DNA of 64,000 nucleotides from a virus: IMG/VR virus record IMGVR_UViG_3300013112_000677, positions 1 to 64,000 of that record; one strand, 5' to 3'. Shown piece by piece: positions 7,645 to 17,157 of this stretch (position 1 is its first letter; each line of letters starts with the position of its first letter). The notes under the pieces were generated by a model. It saw only the letters and a program-made list of their open reading frames with translations, ran no database searches and was not told where the DNA came from. The position numbers and the translations under genes were made by a program.

Positions 7645-9614
7645 TTCGCCTCCGCCCAGCTGTAGCCGGGGCCGCCGTCGATGGGCAGCGGGACCGACAG
7701 GTTGTCGCGGAAGGGGTGAGTCATGACGTGCTCGATGAGCTCGAAGCACGCGGCCTCGACCTCGTCGTCGTCGGGGATCTCGAACATCAGCTCGTCGTGC
7801 ACCTGCAGCAGCAGCTGGCAGTCGAGCTGCAGCAGCAGCTGGGCCACCCCACAGAAGCGGTCCGACTCGAGGGAGTCGACCCACAGCATGGCGACCTTGG
7901 CGATGTCGGCGGCACTCCCCTGGATGGGGGTGTTGACTGCGGCGCGCTCGGACATCCCGTGGTCCTCGCGGCTGTCGATGAAGGGCAGGTGCCGATAGCG
8001 CCCGACCAGGGTACGCACGCACTTGTGGTCGTGCCCGTACTGCTTCTGGTAGTCCGTGTAGCGCGCGATGCCGGGACGTGCAGCGCGGAACTGCTCGATG
8101 GCGTGCTTGGCCTCCTGGATGGTGATGCCCGCGGTGACTGCCAGCTTCGCCGGACCGCCGCCGTAGATGATGAGGAAGCCGGAGTTCTTCGCGAGCTTCC
8201 TCTCCCACAGACGCTGCTTCTGCTCGTCCGTGGGGTCCTCCGCCTGCTTGGCCTCGTAGTACTCCTCGTAGGGCCGGCCGTTGATCTTGGCCGCGGTGTC
8301 GCAGTGGATGTCCAGGCCAGCGTTGATGGCCTCGATCATCCCAGCGTCCTGGCTCATGTGAGCCATGATGCGCATCTCCAGCTGGCTGTAGTCGTAGACC
8401 AGCAGGCGCTTGCCCTCGCCGGCGACGAAGGCGCCGCGGAGCCCGAACTCATCCTTGTCGGGGGTGGGGATGTTCTGCAGGTTGGGGCCGCTGCTGGACA
8501 GCCGCCCGGTTTGGGTGCCTGCCTGGTTCAGCGAGGTGTGGATGCGTCCGTCGGCGTCGACCAGCGAGGACATCTTCTTGATGTAGGTGTCGTACAGCTT
8601 GGAGAGGTGCCGGTGCTCCAGCAGGATCTGGGCCTCCTCGAGTCCGTCCTCGGCCCACTTCTCCAGCACCAGCTTGGCGGTGGACGGCATGCGGTTGCCC
8701 GTCGACCCGCCCGAGGTCCAGTGGATGCACGGGTGGCCGAAGGGATCCAGCCACTGCTTCTCGGTGTCGTCGTAGGAGTAGAACAGCTCCCGCAGGGCCT
8801 TGGGGCTCCGCAGGTTGACCATGTGGCCTGCCATCTTGCCGAAGTGCTTCTCGGTGTCGACCAAGGTCTGCTGGATGCCGGGGGAGATGTCCTCCAGGTA
8901 CCCGGTGTCCACGCAGATGCCGCGGCGCTCGCAGCGCCACAGGACGTGGGTGAAGGGCTCCTCCACCTCGATGTAGTGGTCCCAGGCGGAGTACTCGTCG
9001 TCGAAGGGCAGTGCCTCCAGTCGGTCCCGCAGCTCCAGTCCGAGCTGCAGGGAGGCCCAGGCGTCCAGCGAGGCGTACTCGATGACCTTGTCCGGCTCCT
9101 CGGCCAGCGCCTTCAGCAGGATGTCCTCGAGCCCCTCGTCCTTCTTCTTGGCCCGGCGCTTGCCGGTCTCGGGGTCGACCAGGAAGACCTGGGCGAACTC
9201 CTGCATCGCCGTGGTGTTGAGGATGCCGTACTTCTTGATGCACTGCTTCAGGCCGTGCTGCCCGTTGACGTTGAGCAGCCAGTCCATGACCACCGTGTCC
9301 CACAGGGTGCCACGCAGCTCGATGCCCGCGTTGGCCAGCATGTGCTTGTCGAACTTGACGTTGGTGAGGACCTTGACGATGTCGGTGGAGTGGAAGAAGG
9401 GCAGGAACACGGGGAGGAACTCGCGGAGGATGCACCAGCGGTCCTCGCCGTCGCTGAGCGACCAGCACACGATGTGGTCCCGGATGGTGTCCAGGCCCGT
9501 GGTCTCGGTGTCCAGCCCCACGTGCTCGGCCCGCATCACCTTGTCCAGGCAGGCCTGTGCCTTCTCGTAGGTGTCGATGAAGGTGGGCTCAGGGAGTCCA
9601 ACATTCAGTCGCAT
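7641..9614 (-). CDS. polA: Family A DNA polymerase (3'-5' exonuclease plus polymerase, no 5'-3' exonuclease)
   Basis: DTETTG (Exo I), NVKFD, YASLD; TGRLSSSGPNLQNIP, DYSQLEMR, K..GF.IIYG, QVHDEL. Confidence 0.97.
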   Translation of the reverse strand: MRLNVGLPEPTFIDTYEKAQACLDKVMRAEHVGLDTETTGLDTIRDHIVCWSLSDGEDRWCILREFLPVFLPFFHSTDIVKVLTNVKFDKHMLANAGIELRGTLWDTVVMDWLLNVNGQHGLKQCIKKYGILNTTAMQEFAQVFLVDPETGKRRAKKKDEGLEDILLKALAEEPDKVIEYASLDAWASLQLGLELRDRLEALPFDDEYSAWDHYIEVEEPFTHVLWRCERRGICVDTGYLEDISPGIQQTLVDTEKHFGKMAGHMVNLRSPKALRELFYSYDDTEKQWLDPFGHPCIHWTSGGSTGNRMPSTAKLVLEKWAEDGLEEAQILLEHRHLSKLYDTYIKKMSSLVDADGRIHTSLNQAGTQTGRLSSSGPNLQNIPTPDKDEFGLRGAFVAGEGKRLLVYDYSQLEMRIMAHMSQDAGMIEAINAGLDIHCDTAAKINGRPYEEYYEAKQAEDPTDEQKQRLWERKLAKNSGFLIIYGGGPAKLAVTAGITIQEAKHAIEQFRAARPGIARYTDYQKQYGHDHKCVRTLVGRYRHLPFIDSREDHGMSERAAVNTPIQGSAADIAKVAMLWVDSLESDRFCGVAQLLLQLDCQLLLQVHDELMFEIPDDDEVEAACFELIEHVMTHPFRDNLSVPLPIDGGPGYSWAEAK

Positions 9615-9623
9615 AGGGCCTCC

Positions 9624-9658
9624 GCCGTCCCCTCCCGCCGCGTGACGGGAGGGGAGGC
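9624..9658. terminator. GC-rich hairpin between the putative ssb and polA
   Basis: TCCCCTCCCG (9628-9637) pairs with CGGGAGGGGA (9646-9655), 8-nt loop; no U-tract. Confidence 0.5.
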
Positions 9659-9665
9659 ATGAAGG

Positions 9666-10835
9666 TCAGGTTCGGGCGTAGCCCGGCCCACCACCGTAGG
9701 CCTGGGTGGGCGCACCCGCGTAGGGGTTCTGGACCTGCAGGCGCTTGGCCTGGTCCTCGGGCGTCCGCGGCTTGCCGACCCCGAACATCTCGGTGAAGTC
9801 GTAGGGGTTGGTCATCTTGGAGACCTCGTCGTCCCAGATGGGCACGACCACGCCGCCCTCCTTCTCCTCGAACCCGGAGATGAGGGGCCGGTCCGGGTCG
9901 TCGTTGATGAGGAAGTCGCTGCGGTAGCACCAGCCGAACTCCCTCGGGGAGGGGTGGTTCAGGCTCAGGGCGCTGTCGGTCTTCTCGCCGGTGCGGCGGA
10001 GCCACAGCACGACGTCGAAGAGGGTGGTCCGCTCCGGGTCCTGGCACTCCGAGCACAGGGTGGTCTCGATGGCGAGGCTGGAGTGGCGGCAGTTGGGGCA
10101 GGTGAGGACCTCGGAGGCGAACCCGTCGATCTCCTTGTCCGTGTAGGCGTTGTTCACGCAGTCGATGATGACGTGGCCGCACTCCTCGCACTCGAAGGAG
10201 GCCGTGGAGACGGTGCCCTCGTGGCAGTTGGAGCACATGCGGCCGATGTCGGCGTCGATGGTGCGCAGGTTCTCGAGGTGGTTGCGGCCGACGCTCAGGT
10301 ACTTCTTGGCACCGAACATCAGGTCGTGGCCCTCGCGGCAGTGCTGGCAGCCCTTGCCCTCGCACATGACCTTGTTCATGTAGGGCTCGTTGGTCTTGGG
10401 GTTGAGCCGGACCTGGCCGGACTGGCGGTCCACGGCCGGGGCCAGGTGGTAGGGCACCAGGTGGACCAGGTTGAGGGTGAACACCTGGCGCGCGTCGCGA
10501 CCGTTGTCGATGTTCTTGTCGCCGGCCTGCTTCTCGTGGCACCACACGCAGGGCTGCGGGTTGGCCGGGTCCCAGCCGGCGCTGCACAGGTCGATGATGG
10601 CGGACTGCCCGCCCTTGATCCCCTTGCGGTGATCCCGGGACAGGAAGTAGGGGTTGGCGGGCGGACGGCCGCCCACCTGCTGGTCCGGGCGGGGGTCGGG
10701 GTACTCGCCAGGCAGGAACACCACCGGGGATCCGATGTTGTCCTTGGGGGCGATGTACCTGTTGCGGAAGCCGCCGCGGCTACCGCGGCGACCGGGGCGC
10801 TTCTCGCGCCCTACGCTTCGACGAAAACTGCTCAT
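9666..10835 (-). CDS. Putative single-stranded DNA-binding protein with multiple Zn-binding CxxC motifs
   Basis: 389 aa, between primase and polymerase; CVWC, CQHC, CSNC, CEEC, CPNC, CSEC; function inferred from position. Confidence 0.55.
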   Translation of the reverse strand: MSSFRRSVGREKRPGRRGSRGGFRNRYIAPKDNIGSPVVFLPGEYPDPRPDQQVGGRPPANPYFLSRDHRKGIKGGQSAIIDLCSAGWDPANPQPCVWCHEKQAGDKNIDNGRDARQVFTLNLVHLVPYHLAPAVDRQSGQVRLNPKTNEPYMNKVMCEGKGCQHCREGHDLMFGAKKYLSVGRNHLENLRTIDADIGRMCSNCHEGTVSTASFECEECGHVIIDCVNNAYTDKEIDGFASEVLTCPNCRHSSLAIETTLCSECQDPERTTLFDVVLWLRRTGEKTDSALSLNHPSPREFGWCYRSDFLINDDPDRPLISGFEEKEGGVVVPIWDDEVSKMTNPYDFTEMFGVGKPRTPEDQAKRLQVQNPYAGAPTQAYGGGPGYART

Positions 10836-11886
10836 GCACGATCCTCCATGCGTCCTTGTGGACTGGTATCTTCAGCCACTGGGGTTTCAGGACGGGCTCC
10901 GTCAGAGCCCTCTCGACCTCGTATCCATCGAGGTCATCAGGTTGGTGGAAGACGAACGGCTCGCCCTCGGGGTCGTAGCCGTCTGGGTAGTAGGGCTCTG
11001 GGTACATCGCGAAGCGAACGCGGCACCCAGGGGTGAGCATCTTGTAGGCGGCGCAGGCGCCGCTCCATCCGGCCTTGTCGTTGTCCAGGAAGAGGACGAC
11101 CTCGGCGCCGAGCCGCTTGAGCCACTCGGCCTGGCGGGCGCTGAGGCGGCTGCCCATGATGGCGACGGTGTTGGGGAAGCCGTGCTGGATGCACCACAGG
11201 CCAGCCTTGAACCCCTCGACGAGGTTCACGCGGATGCCATGGTCGTGGTAGCCCATGGCCCACACGCGGTCCATGTTCCACAGGTAGAGCGACTTCTTGT
11301 ACTCGTACTGCTTGATGCGCCGGCGCACCTCGGGGTCGAAGTGCTTCAGCTCGTAGGGGAGGTACTTGGGCTTGGCGTGGGAGGACCCACCGTGGATGCC
11401 CGCGAGGTTGCCCTCGTTGTCCCGCACGGTCCACGTGATGCGGTGGTGGGTGTGGTCGTACCCCACGTCGTACTCGTACATGACGTCTGGGTCGAAGCCT
11501 GCGGCCACCAGCTCCGAGGGGCAGTGCTGGTAGATGCCCAGCATGACCTCGGGGAGGGGAGTCGGTGTGATGTAGTCGAACGCCTTGGGTGTGCGGACGC
11601 GCTCCCTCTGCCTCTCCACGGCGTGCCTCACCGGCTCCAGCAGCATCTCCCGGCGGGACACCGGGATCTTCAGCTGCTTGAGCAGGTAGGGCAGACCACC
11701 GGAGGCCCCGCAGGAGTAGCACAGCCAGGCGCCATGCTCGGTGCTGATGGCGAGGGTGTGGGTGTGCCTGCCGAACTCGGCCGGGTGGAAGGGGCAGTTC
11801 ACCAGAATGTCGGTGTCGCCCGAGGGCTTCCAGTGCCCCAGGTACTTGTCCGCAATCTGTGTGACGAGGGAGTGGACGTCGTTCAT
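10780..11886 (-). CDS. dnaG: DnaG-like primase (CHC2 zinc finger plus TOPRIM)
   Basis: CPFH...WLCYSCGASG; LVEGF; FLDNDKAG. Confidence 0.9.
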   Translation of the reverse strand: MNDVHSLVTQIADKYLGHWKPSGDTDILVNCPFHPAEFGRHTHTLAISTEHGAWLCYSCGASGGLPYLLKQLKIPVSRREMLLEPVRHAVERQRERVRTPKAFDYITPTPLPEVMLGIYQHCPSELVAAGFDPDVMYEYDVGYDHTHHRITWTVRDNEGNLAGIHGGSSHAKPKYLPYELKHFDPEVRRRIKQYEYKKSLYLWNMDRVWAMGYHDHGIRVNLVEGFKAGLWCIQHGFPNTVAIMGSRLSARQAEWLKRLGAEVVLFLDNDKAGWSGACAAYKMLTPGCRVRFAMYPEPYYPDGYDPEGEPFVFHQPDDLDGYEVERALTEPVLKPQWLKIPVHKDAWRIVHEQFSSKRRAREAPRSPR

Positions 11887-13271
11887 CCGCGGAAGGCCTT
11901 CTGGGTCACCCGCGGGGGGTTGCGTCCGTCGGCGTCCTTGTCGCCACCGCCGCGGCCACCTCCACCCTTCTTCTGCCCCTTGGGGTCCTTGCCCTGGTCG
12001 TCGAGGTTCTTCAGCCGGATGGCTTCCTCGGCGTCGAGCTCGGCCTTCAGGTGGAAGTTGGATGCGGGGTAGGCGTGGGTGGTGAACGCTCGGAGCTCAC
12101 CCTCTCGGATCTTGGGGCAGACCCACACCAGCTCGTGGTCCTCGTCGTTGAGGATGATGCGGAGCGTGAGGTCAGCCTCCTGGAGGAAGGCGTCAGCGAA
12201 CGCGAGGTCCTGCTGCTTGTTGGCCTGGGTGACCCCGATGATGGGGACCCGGAGCTGCTTGGCCGTCTCCTTGAGGTCCTGGACCACGTGGGTCAGGCTC
12301 TGCCACTCGATGGACTGCTTGCCGGTACGGATGTCGCCCATCCGGTAGATGCCGTCGGCGATGACGATGTCGGCCTTGTACTCCTCGGCCTTGGCACGGA
12401 TGCCCTCGATGGTGTGGCCGGTGCGGGGGAGGTCGGCCGCCGTGGTGACCTTGAGGCACTTGTGCAGCCCCGTGGTCTCCGCGATGATCTCCTCGTCCTG
12501 CACCAGGCCCTCGAGGATGTCGAAGACCTGCTCCTCCATCGCAGGCTGCAGGCGCCCCTTGCGGAAGGGACCGTAGTCCACCTCGGCGATGAGCGCGGCG
12601 CAGCGCATGAGGATCTCCTCCTCGGTCATCTCGCGGGAGTAGATGAGCACCCGCGCGTTGGCGTGGAGGTAGGCGTGGATGGCGACGTTCAGCGCCGACC
12701 AGGTCTTCATCGTGCCTGGGCGGCCGTAGATGAGGATGAGCTGACCAGGCTGCCAGCCCAGGGTCTCCTCGGTCAGGGGCAGCCAGGGGGTGGGGATCCC
12801 GATGATCCCCTGGCCCCCTCGGACGACGTCGTAGCGCTCACGGATGACGCCTGCGTGCTGAGCGAGGTCGAGGTCCCGGGTGCCCGACTTGACTCGGGCG
12901 AACTTCCCAGACTTCGTGAGCAGCCGGTGGATGGCCTTCTCGACAGACCCGTCCTCGGCCAGCTCCTGGATCTCGTCGCTCAGCTGCAGCAGCTCGCCGC
13001 GGGTGCGTTCTTCCGTGACGATGCGGACGAGCTGCTCGATGCTGTCGCTGGTGTGCACCGGGGAGAAGTCGCGGACGACGTGTCGGACGAGGTCCATGGA
13101 GGGTACGGACCCCCAGTTGTCCCGGTCGTGGAAGCGCTGGTGCAGGTAGGTGTAGACGGCGCGACCCTCCATGGTCGTGAAGAACGACTGGTCGATCTCG
13201 TTGTCCTTGAGGATCTTGAAGTTCCCGTCTTCGACTACCTTCGTGAGCAGAATGATCTCCGGGCTTGCCAC
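11883..13271 (-). CDS. dnaB: DnaB-like replicative helicase
   Basis: GWQPGQLILIYGRPGTMKT, YSREM, VIADGIY, PIIGVTQAN; GTG start with GGAG RBS. Confidence 0.92.
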   Translation of the reverse strand: MASPEIILLTKVVEDGNFKILKDNEIDQSFFTTMEGRAVYTYLHQRFHDRDNWGSVPSMDLVRHVVRDFSPVHTSDSIEQLVRIVTEERTRGELLQLSDEIQELAEDGSVEKAIHRLLTKSGKFARVKSGTRDLDLAQHAGVIRERYDVVRGGQGIIGIPTPWLPLTEETLGWQPGQLILIYGRPGTMKTWSALNVAIHAYLHANARVLIYSREMTEEEILMRCAALIAEVDYGPFRKGRLQPAMEEQVFDILEGLVQDEEIIAETTGLHKCLKVTTAADLPRTGHTIEGIRAKAEEYKADIVIADGIYRMGDIRTGKQSIEWQSLTHVVQDLKETAKQLRVPIIGVTQANKQQDLAFADAFLQEADLTLRIILNDEDHELVWVCPKIREGELRAFTTHAYPASNFHLKAELDAEEAIRLKNLDDQGKDPKGQKKGGGGRGGGDKDADGRNPPRVTQKAFRG

Positions 13272-13325
13272 GAATATCTCCAGTGGTTGGGGAGGCTGGG
13301 AACACCTCCACACTACCTCTCTCAG

Positions 13326-13340
13326 CCTTGAATTTCAAGG
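13326..13340. promoter_or_regulatory. Perfect 15-bp palindrome upstream of the helicase gene (possible operator)
   Basis: CCTTGAA-T-TTCAAGG in a 110-nt AT-richer intergenic gap. Confidence 0.45.
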
Positions 13341-13382
13341 TGGATCAGCGGCGGATTTCCCCAGCAATCCCAAGCACTTGGA

Positions 13383-13760
13383 TCAGACCCTGATGGCCAG
13401 TTCGCGGTAGAGCGCCTCGGAGTGAACGATCTGCTCGGCCTGGTAGTTGCGGACCAGCTGGCCCACCTCCTCGACGGCCATGTCGATGGTCTGGATGTCG
13501 GGGTCCACGTCGAACTCCAGGCTGACGAACACGCCGAAGCCGGAGCCGTAGTCCTTGGCTGCGAGGTCGCCGCCGAGCCGGAGCCGGGCGGGGGACTTGG
13601 TCTTGGGGGACACGAACTTGTCGAGCACTTCCATCACCTCCTGGGGTACGGGTTCGGACGGGTCATGGTACGTCTCCATGACCTCGGGGGAGTCGGGGTT
13701 GAGCTTGGCCACCCTGGTGATGGCCAGGGACGGTTGCTGTCGCCGAGTGAGGCCTGTCAC
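13383..13760 (-). CDS. Hypothetical protein
   Basis: 125 aa from a GTG overlapping the upstream TGA; typical codon usage. Confidence 0.7.
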   Translation of the reverse strand: MTGLTRRQQPSLAITRVAKLNPDSPEVMETYHDPSEPVPQEVMEVLDKFVSPKTKSPARLRLGGDLAAKDYGSGFGVFVSLEFDVDPDIQTIDMAVEEVGQLVRNYQAEQIVHSEALYRELAIRV

Positions 13761-14215
13761 TTCAGACCGCTCAGCTCCTTGGGGCCATACACGGCCGCGC
13801 CGGTCTCGACGACCGTGGCGCAGCCCTCCTTGTACTTGACCATGGTGGCAGCGTCGACGTGGTCCTTGAGCTTGGACGCGTCGATGGCGGTCTTGATGAT
13901 GCCGGCGTCGCAGAGGTCCTCGTACTGGCCGGCCTCGCGCGCCATCTGGATGAAGCCGTCGGGGTCGTAGATGACCGACTGCCGGGTCTGGGTGCGGAAG
14001 GGGGCCATCTTCGCGCGGGCGGCGCGTACCTTCTTCCGCGCGTCGACGACGGCGACGTTGCGCTTCTCGAGCAGGTCCCACAGCTCCTCGAAGGCCTCGG
14101 GCATCTCCGCCTCGATCTCGGCCAGGGTCTCGCGGTACTGCTCGTCGGCCGAGACGAAGGCGTCCACGGCTCGCTGGGCGTCAGCCCACAGCTGGTTCTT
14201 CAGTTCGGGGTCCAC
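13757..14215 (-). CDS. Hypothetical coiled-coil protein (gp157/Gam-like size and context)
   Basis: 152 aa, helical, typical codon usage. Confidence 0.7.
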   Translation of the reverse strand: MDPELKNQLWADAQRAVDAFVSADEQYRETLAEIEAEMPEAFEELWDLLEKRNVAVVDARKKVRAARAKMAPFRTQTRQSVIYDPDGFIQMAREAGQYEDLCDAGIIKTAIDASKLKDHVDAATMVKYKEGCATVVETGAAVYGPKELSGLK

Positions 14216-14218
14216 AGA

Positions 14219-15046
14219 TCACTTCCTCTTCGGTAGGGGGGTTCGGTACAGGGTGTTGCGGGTCAGATCGACGATGCGGAGGGCCTGCTTCAGGTGCTTG
14301 ACCGTCCGCTGCACCCACCCGCCCTGGTCGTCGATGTCCCAGAAGCGGAGCAGGTATGCGGGGTGAGGCAGTACCAGCAGTGGGTACCGGATGGTGGTGA
14401 CCTCGCCCTCGATGTGCAGGTCCAGGATGGACCCGGTCATCTCCAGGACGCTGGGGCGGCTCCCCTTCCACTTCGTGTCGATGGCCAGCAGCGAGTGCAG
14501 TGCCGGCGCACCCAGGGAGACGACGATGGTGGGGTCGGTGATGCGGATGGTCTGGCGCAGCCTGTCCGCGCAGTTCTTGCACTCGAGGAGCGTCGGGTCG
14601 CGGTTCTGCAGGCGCATCACCTCCCGGCGGTCGTCCCACTCCTGCTTCACCGGCCGGCAGAGCACGGCGTTGGTGTAGAAGAAGCGCTCAGCCTCGCAGA
14701 GGGTGTGCCGGATGGCCCGCCACTGCTCCGCGGTGATGTTCTTGCGGGTGTTGTAGAAGGGCTTGAGGTCCTCGTGCGGGACCATGTGCATGAGCATGTC
14801 GTCGAGCAGCTGCCCCGTCGGGCCCACGAAGGGGAGCCCGGCCGCGTCCTCGCGCTGGCCCGGAGCGATGCCCACGAACAGCACGTCGGCGTTGGCCATG
14901 CCCTCGCCGAACACGATGTTGTTGCGCGTCCACCAGCCGGTGTCCACGAGGTCGGGGCAGAGCTCGCACTCCGCGTACTGCTCCTCCAGCTTGTCCAGGC
15001 GCAGGCGCGCCCAGTCGTCACGCGTCGGACGGGTTGGGCCAGACAT
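14219..15046 (-). CDS. udg: Family 4 uracil-DNA glycosylase
   Basis: CELC, VFGEG, VGIAPGQRED..GLPFVG, TNAVLCRP, HPAYLLR. Confidence 0.9.
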   Translation of the reverse strand: MSGPTRPTRDDWARLRLDKLEEQYAECELCPDLVDTGWWTRNNIVFGEGMANADVLFVGIAPGQREDAAGLPFVGPTGQLLDDMLMHMVPHEDLKPFYNTRKNITAEQWRAIRHTLCEAERFFYTNAVLCRPVKQEWDDRREVMRLQNRDPTLLECKNCADRLRQTIRITDPTIVVSLGAPALHSLLAIDTKWKGSRPSVLEMTGSILDLHIEGEVTTIRYPLLVLPHPAYLLRFWDIDDQGGWVQRTVKHLKQALRIVDLTRNTLYRTPLPKRK

Positions 15047-15410
15047 CCTGGGTCATGTCCATGTAGGCGCCGTAGATGGTGTCGCGGTCGCTCGGGTGCA
15101 TGTTGCCCACGCGGTACCAGGGGAGCCCGGCGGGGAGGTTCAGGCTCGACACGCTGCCGGACTTCCCACCGATGATGGGCATGAGGGCCGTGTCCTGGGT
15201 GGGGGCCCCGCCCGGCGTTGCGAGCTGGCTGCGCACCTGCACGGGCACGAGGGCGAGAGCGTGCTCCAGCCGCATGAGCTGGCCGGACTGGAAGTCTGCC
15301 ACCCCGATGTACCCGTAGGAGGGCGAGGCGCAGACGATGACGAGGTTCTCGGCCGGGAAGGGAGGCTCGGGTGCGTCCTTCACGTCCGGGTTGACGATGA
15401 TCTTGCTCAC
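15018..15410 (-). CDS. Hypothetical protein
   Basis: 130-aa ORF in the operon. Confidence 0.65.
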   Translation of the reverse strand: MSKIIVNPDVKDAPEPPFPAENLVIVCASPSYGYIGVADFQSGQLMRLEHALALVPVQVRSQLATPGGAPTQDTALMPIIGGKSGSVSSLNLPAGLPWYRVGNMHPSDRDTIYGAYMDMTQDVWPNPSDA

Positions 15411-15412
15411 GG

Positions 15413-16768
15413 TTACTCCAGCTTGAAATGTTCGACCTTGTAGTCACGCTTCCTCGCGAAGCGCTCGATCTGCTTGGCGTGGTCCAAGCACTTGGGGATG
15501 TTGTCCACGATGAAGATGGCCTCGGAGGAGACCTTCCCCTCGTAGGCCCTCGCCAGCCGACCCGTGGCCTGCTGGAAGTCGTTCTCGTTGGCGAAGGTGG
15601 TGGTGAAGATACCCACGCTCAGGTCCGGCCGGTCCAGCCCCTCCCGAGCGGCACCCATGGTGCCCACGACGATGTCGTTCTCGGTCAGGTTGGTCAGCCG
15701 CTTCTTGCCCTTCACCTTGCTCGAGATCACCCCGCAGCCCGGCAGGACCTCCTGCAGGCGGGGGATGTGATCGTCACGTAGATGGGAGAGGACGAGTACC
15801 TTGTGCCCAACCTCCTGCGCGTTTTGCGCGAGGCCCGCGATCATGCCGTTGCGGGTGGGGTGCTTCGCCTGCCACTGCCGTACCTTGACGACGTGGATGT
15901 TGTCGTTGACGTAGAAGCCGTCGCGCTCCTCCGCGGTGGGGGTCAGGCCGGTGTGCGCCAGGTAGACCACGGGGGGTACGTCCACCGAGAGGTCGGTGTA
16001 GACCACCTTCCCGAGGTGAATCTCGAAGAAGCGCTCGTTGCCGTCGGTCCTCCGCCTGGTGGCGGTCAGGCCGTAGCGGTCCCCGGTGAAGAAGGAGGCC
16101 ACGCGGTTGAACTCCATCGCGGCCATGTGGTGGGCCTCGTCGTAGAGCACCGTGGCGAAGCGGCGCCGGACCCACTCGGGGACGAGGTTGTCCTTGATGC
16201 GGCGCCACAGGGTCTGGACGGTGGCCAGGACGATGGGGCGATCCCACTCGGCCTTGGGCCCCACCACGTGCCCGATGTCGTCGTCGCTCATCTGCAGCTT
16301 GTCGAGGACCTCCTCGTGCCACTGCTCCAGCAGTCCGTTGTCGTTCACGATGACCAGGGCGGGCCCCTGACCAAAGGCGATGCGGTCCAGCCCAACAACC
16401 GTCTTCCCGCGGCCGCACCCCAGGTTGAGGATGCCAGAGTGGCTGGACCGCATCGCGTGCATGGCCGCCGCCTGGATCTCGTCCCGGGGGCGGATGGTGG
16501 AGTTGTAGCCGATGCGTTCTGTGGGTGGCGCGAGGTCGATGACCTCACAGGGGACCCGCTCCTGCGGGAACTCCCTCGGGAGTGCGATGTGGTGCACCTC
16601 CTCCTCCCAGACGCGCACGGACCGGGCCACGAACTCGCCGGAGCTCGTCTTCTCGGTGAACCAGTAGGTGAGCGATGCCTCGAGGGCGTCGAGGGGGATG
16701 AGGGCCTTGGGGACCCACAGCATGGACCCCCGGTATGCCTTGTCCGGGTGGAGGGAGAGGAACCTCAT
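15413..16768 (-). CDS. Superfamily 2 helicase (UvsW/XPB-like)
   Basis: GCGRGKT, DEAHH, GLTAT, EGLD, QATGR. Confidence 0.92.
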   Translation of the reverse strand: MRFLSLHPDKAYRGSMLWVPKALIPLDALEASLTYWFTEKTSSGEFVARSVRVWEEEVHHIALPREFPQERVPCEVIDLAPPTERIGYNSTIRPRDEIQAAAMHAMRSSHSGILNLGCGRGKTVVGLDRIAFGQGPALVIVNDNGLLEQWHEEVLDKLQMSDDDIGHVVGPKAEWDRPIVLATVQTLWRRIKDNLVPEWVRRRFATVLYDEAHHMAAMEFNRVASFFTGDRYGLTATRRRTDGNERFFEIHLGKVVYTDLSVDVPPVVYLAHTGLTPTAEERDGFYVNDNIHVVKVRQWQAKHPTRNGMIAGLAQNAQEVGHKVLVLSHLRDDHIPRLQEVLPGCGVISSKVKGKKRLTNLTENDIVVGTMGAAREGLDRPDLSVGIFTTTFANENDFQQATGRLARAYEGKVSSEAIFIVDNIPKCLDHAKQIERFARKRDYKVEHFKLE

Positions 16769-17157
16769 CGCAGCTCAGCCGTGAGGATGTCGCGGAGGCG
16801 CCCCAGCACGTGGTCGAGGTCTTCCCCCTCGAGGCCGACGTCGGTGAGCGTGGGGGTGATCTCGCGGCAGATGCGGAGCCCCACCTCAGCCGAGCCCTTG
16901 TAGTCCTTGAGGTCCTGGCCGTGCTTCCGCTGCAGCCGCTGCTCCGCGACAGTCTGTCGTATCTCGGCCGCCAGGCTGGCTGGCGGGCGGCACGTGCGGA
17001 GGAACTGGGTGAGGAACTTGTCGCTGGGCAGCCTCCCCTTGTTCTCGATGAGTCGGATGTACTCGGTGGAGCAGCCCATGGCCTTGGCCAGGCTCGCGTG
17101 GCTCGCGTAGTGGGCCCGGTTCCGGATCTCCTTGAACATGGTGCTGACGCTGGGCAT
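16765..17157 (-). CDS. XRE-family helix-turn-helix regulator
   Basis: FKEIRNRAHYASHASLAKAMGCSTEYIRLIENKGRLPS. Confidence 0.8.
   Translation of the reverse strand: MPSVSTMFKEIRNRAHYASHASLAKAMGCSTEYIRLIENKGRLPSDKFLTQFLRTCRPPASLAAEIRQTVAEQRLQRKHGQDLKDYKGSAEVGLRICREITPTLTDVGLEGEDLDHVLGRLRDILTAELR
16947..16959. repeat. Dispersed palindrome copy 1, CGACAGTCTGTCG
   Basis: Exact 13-mer inside the XRE gene. Confidence 0.9.

Noticed and set aside
7695-7707. Near-match CGACAGGTTGTCG to the dispersed palindrome
   Set aside because: Two mismatches, and it is fully explained by preferred codons for R-D-N-L-S in polA.
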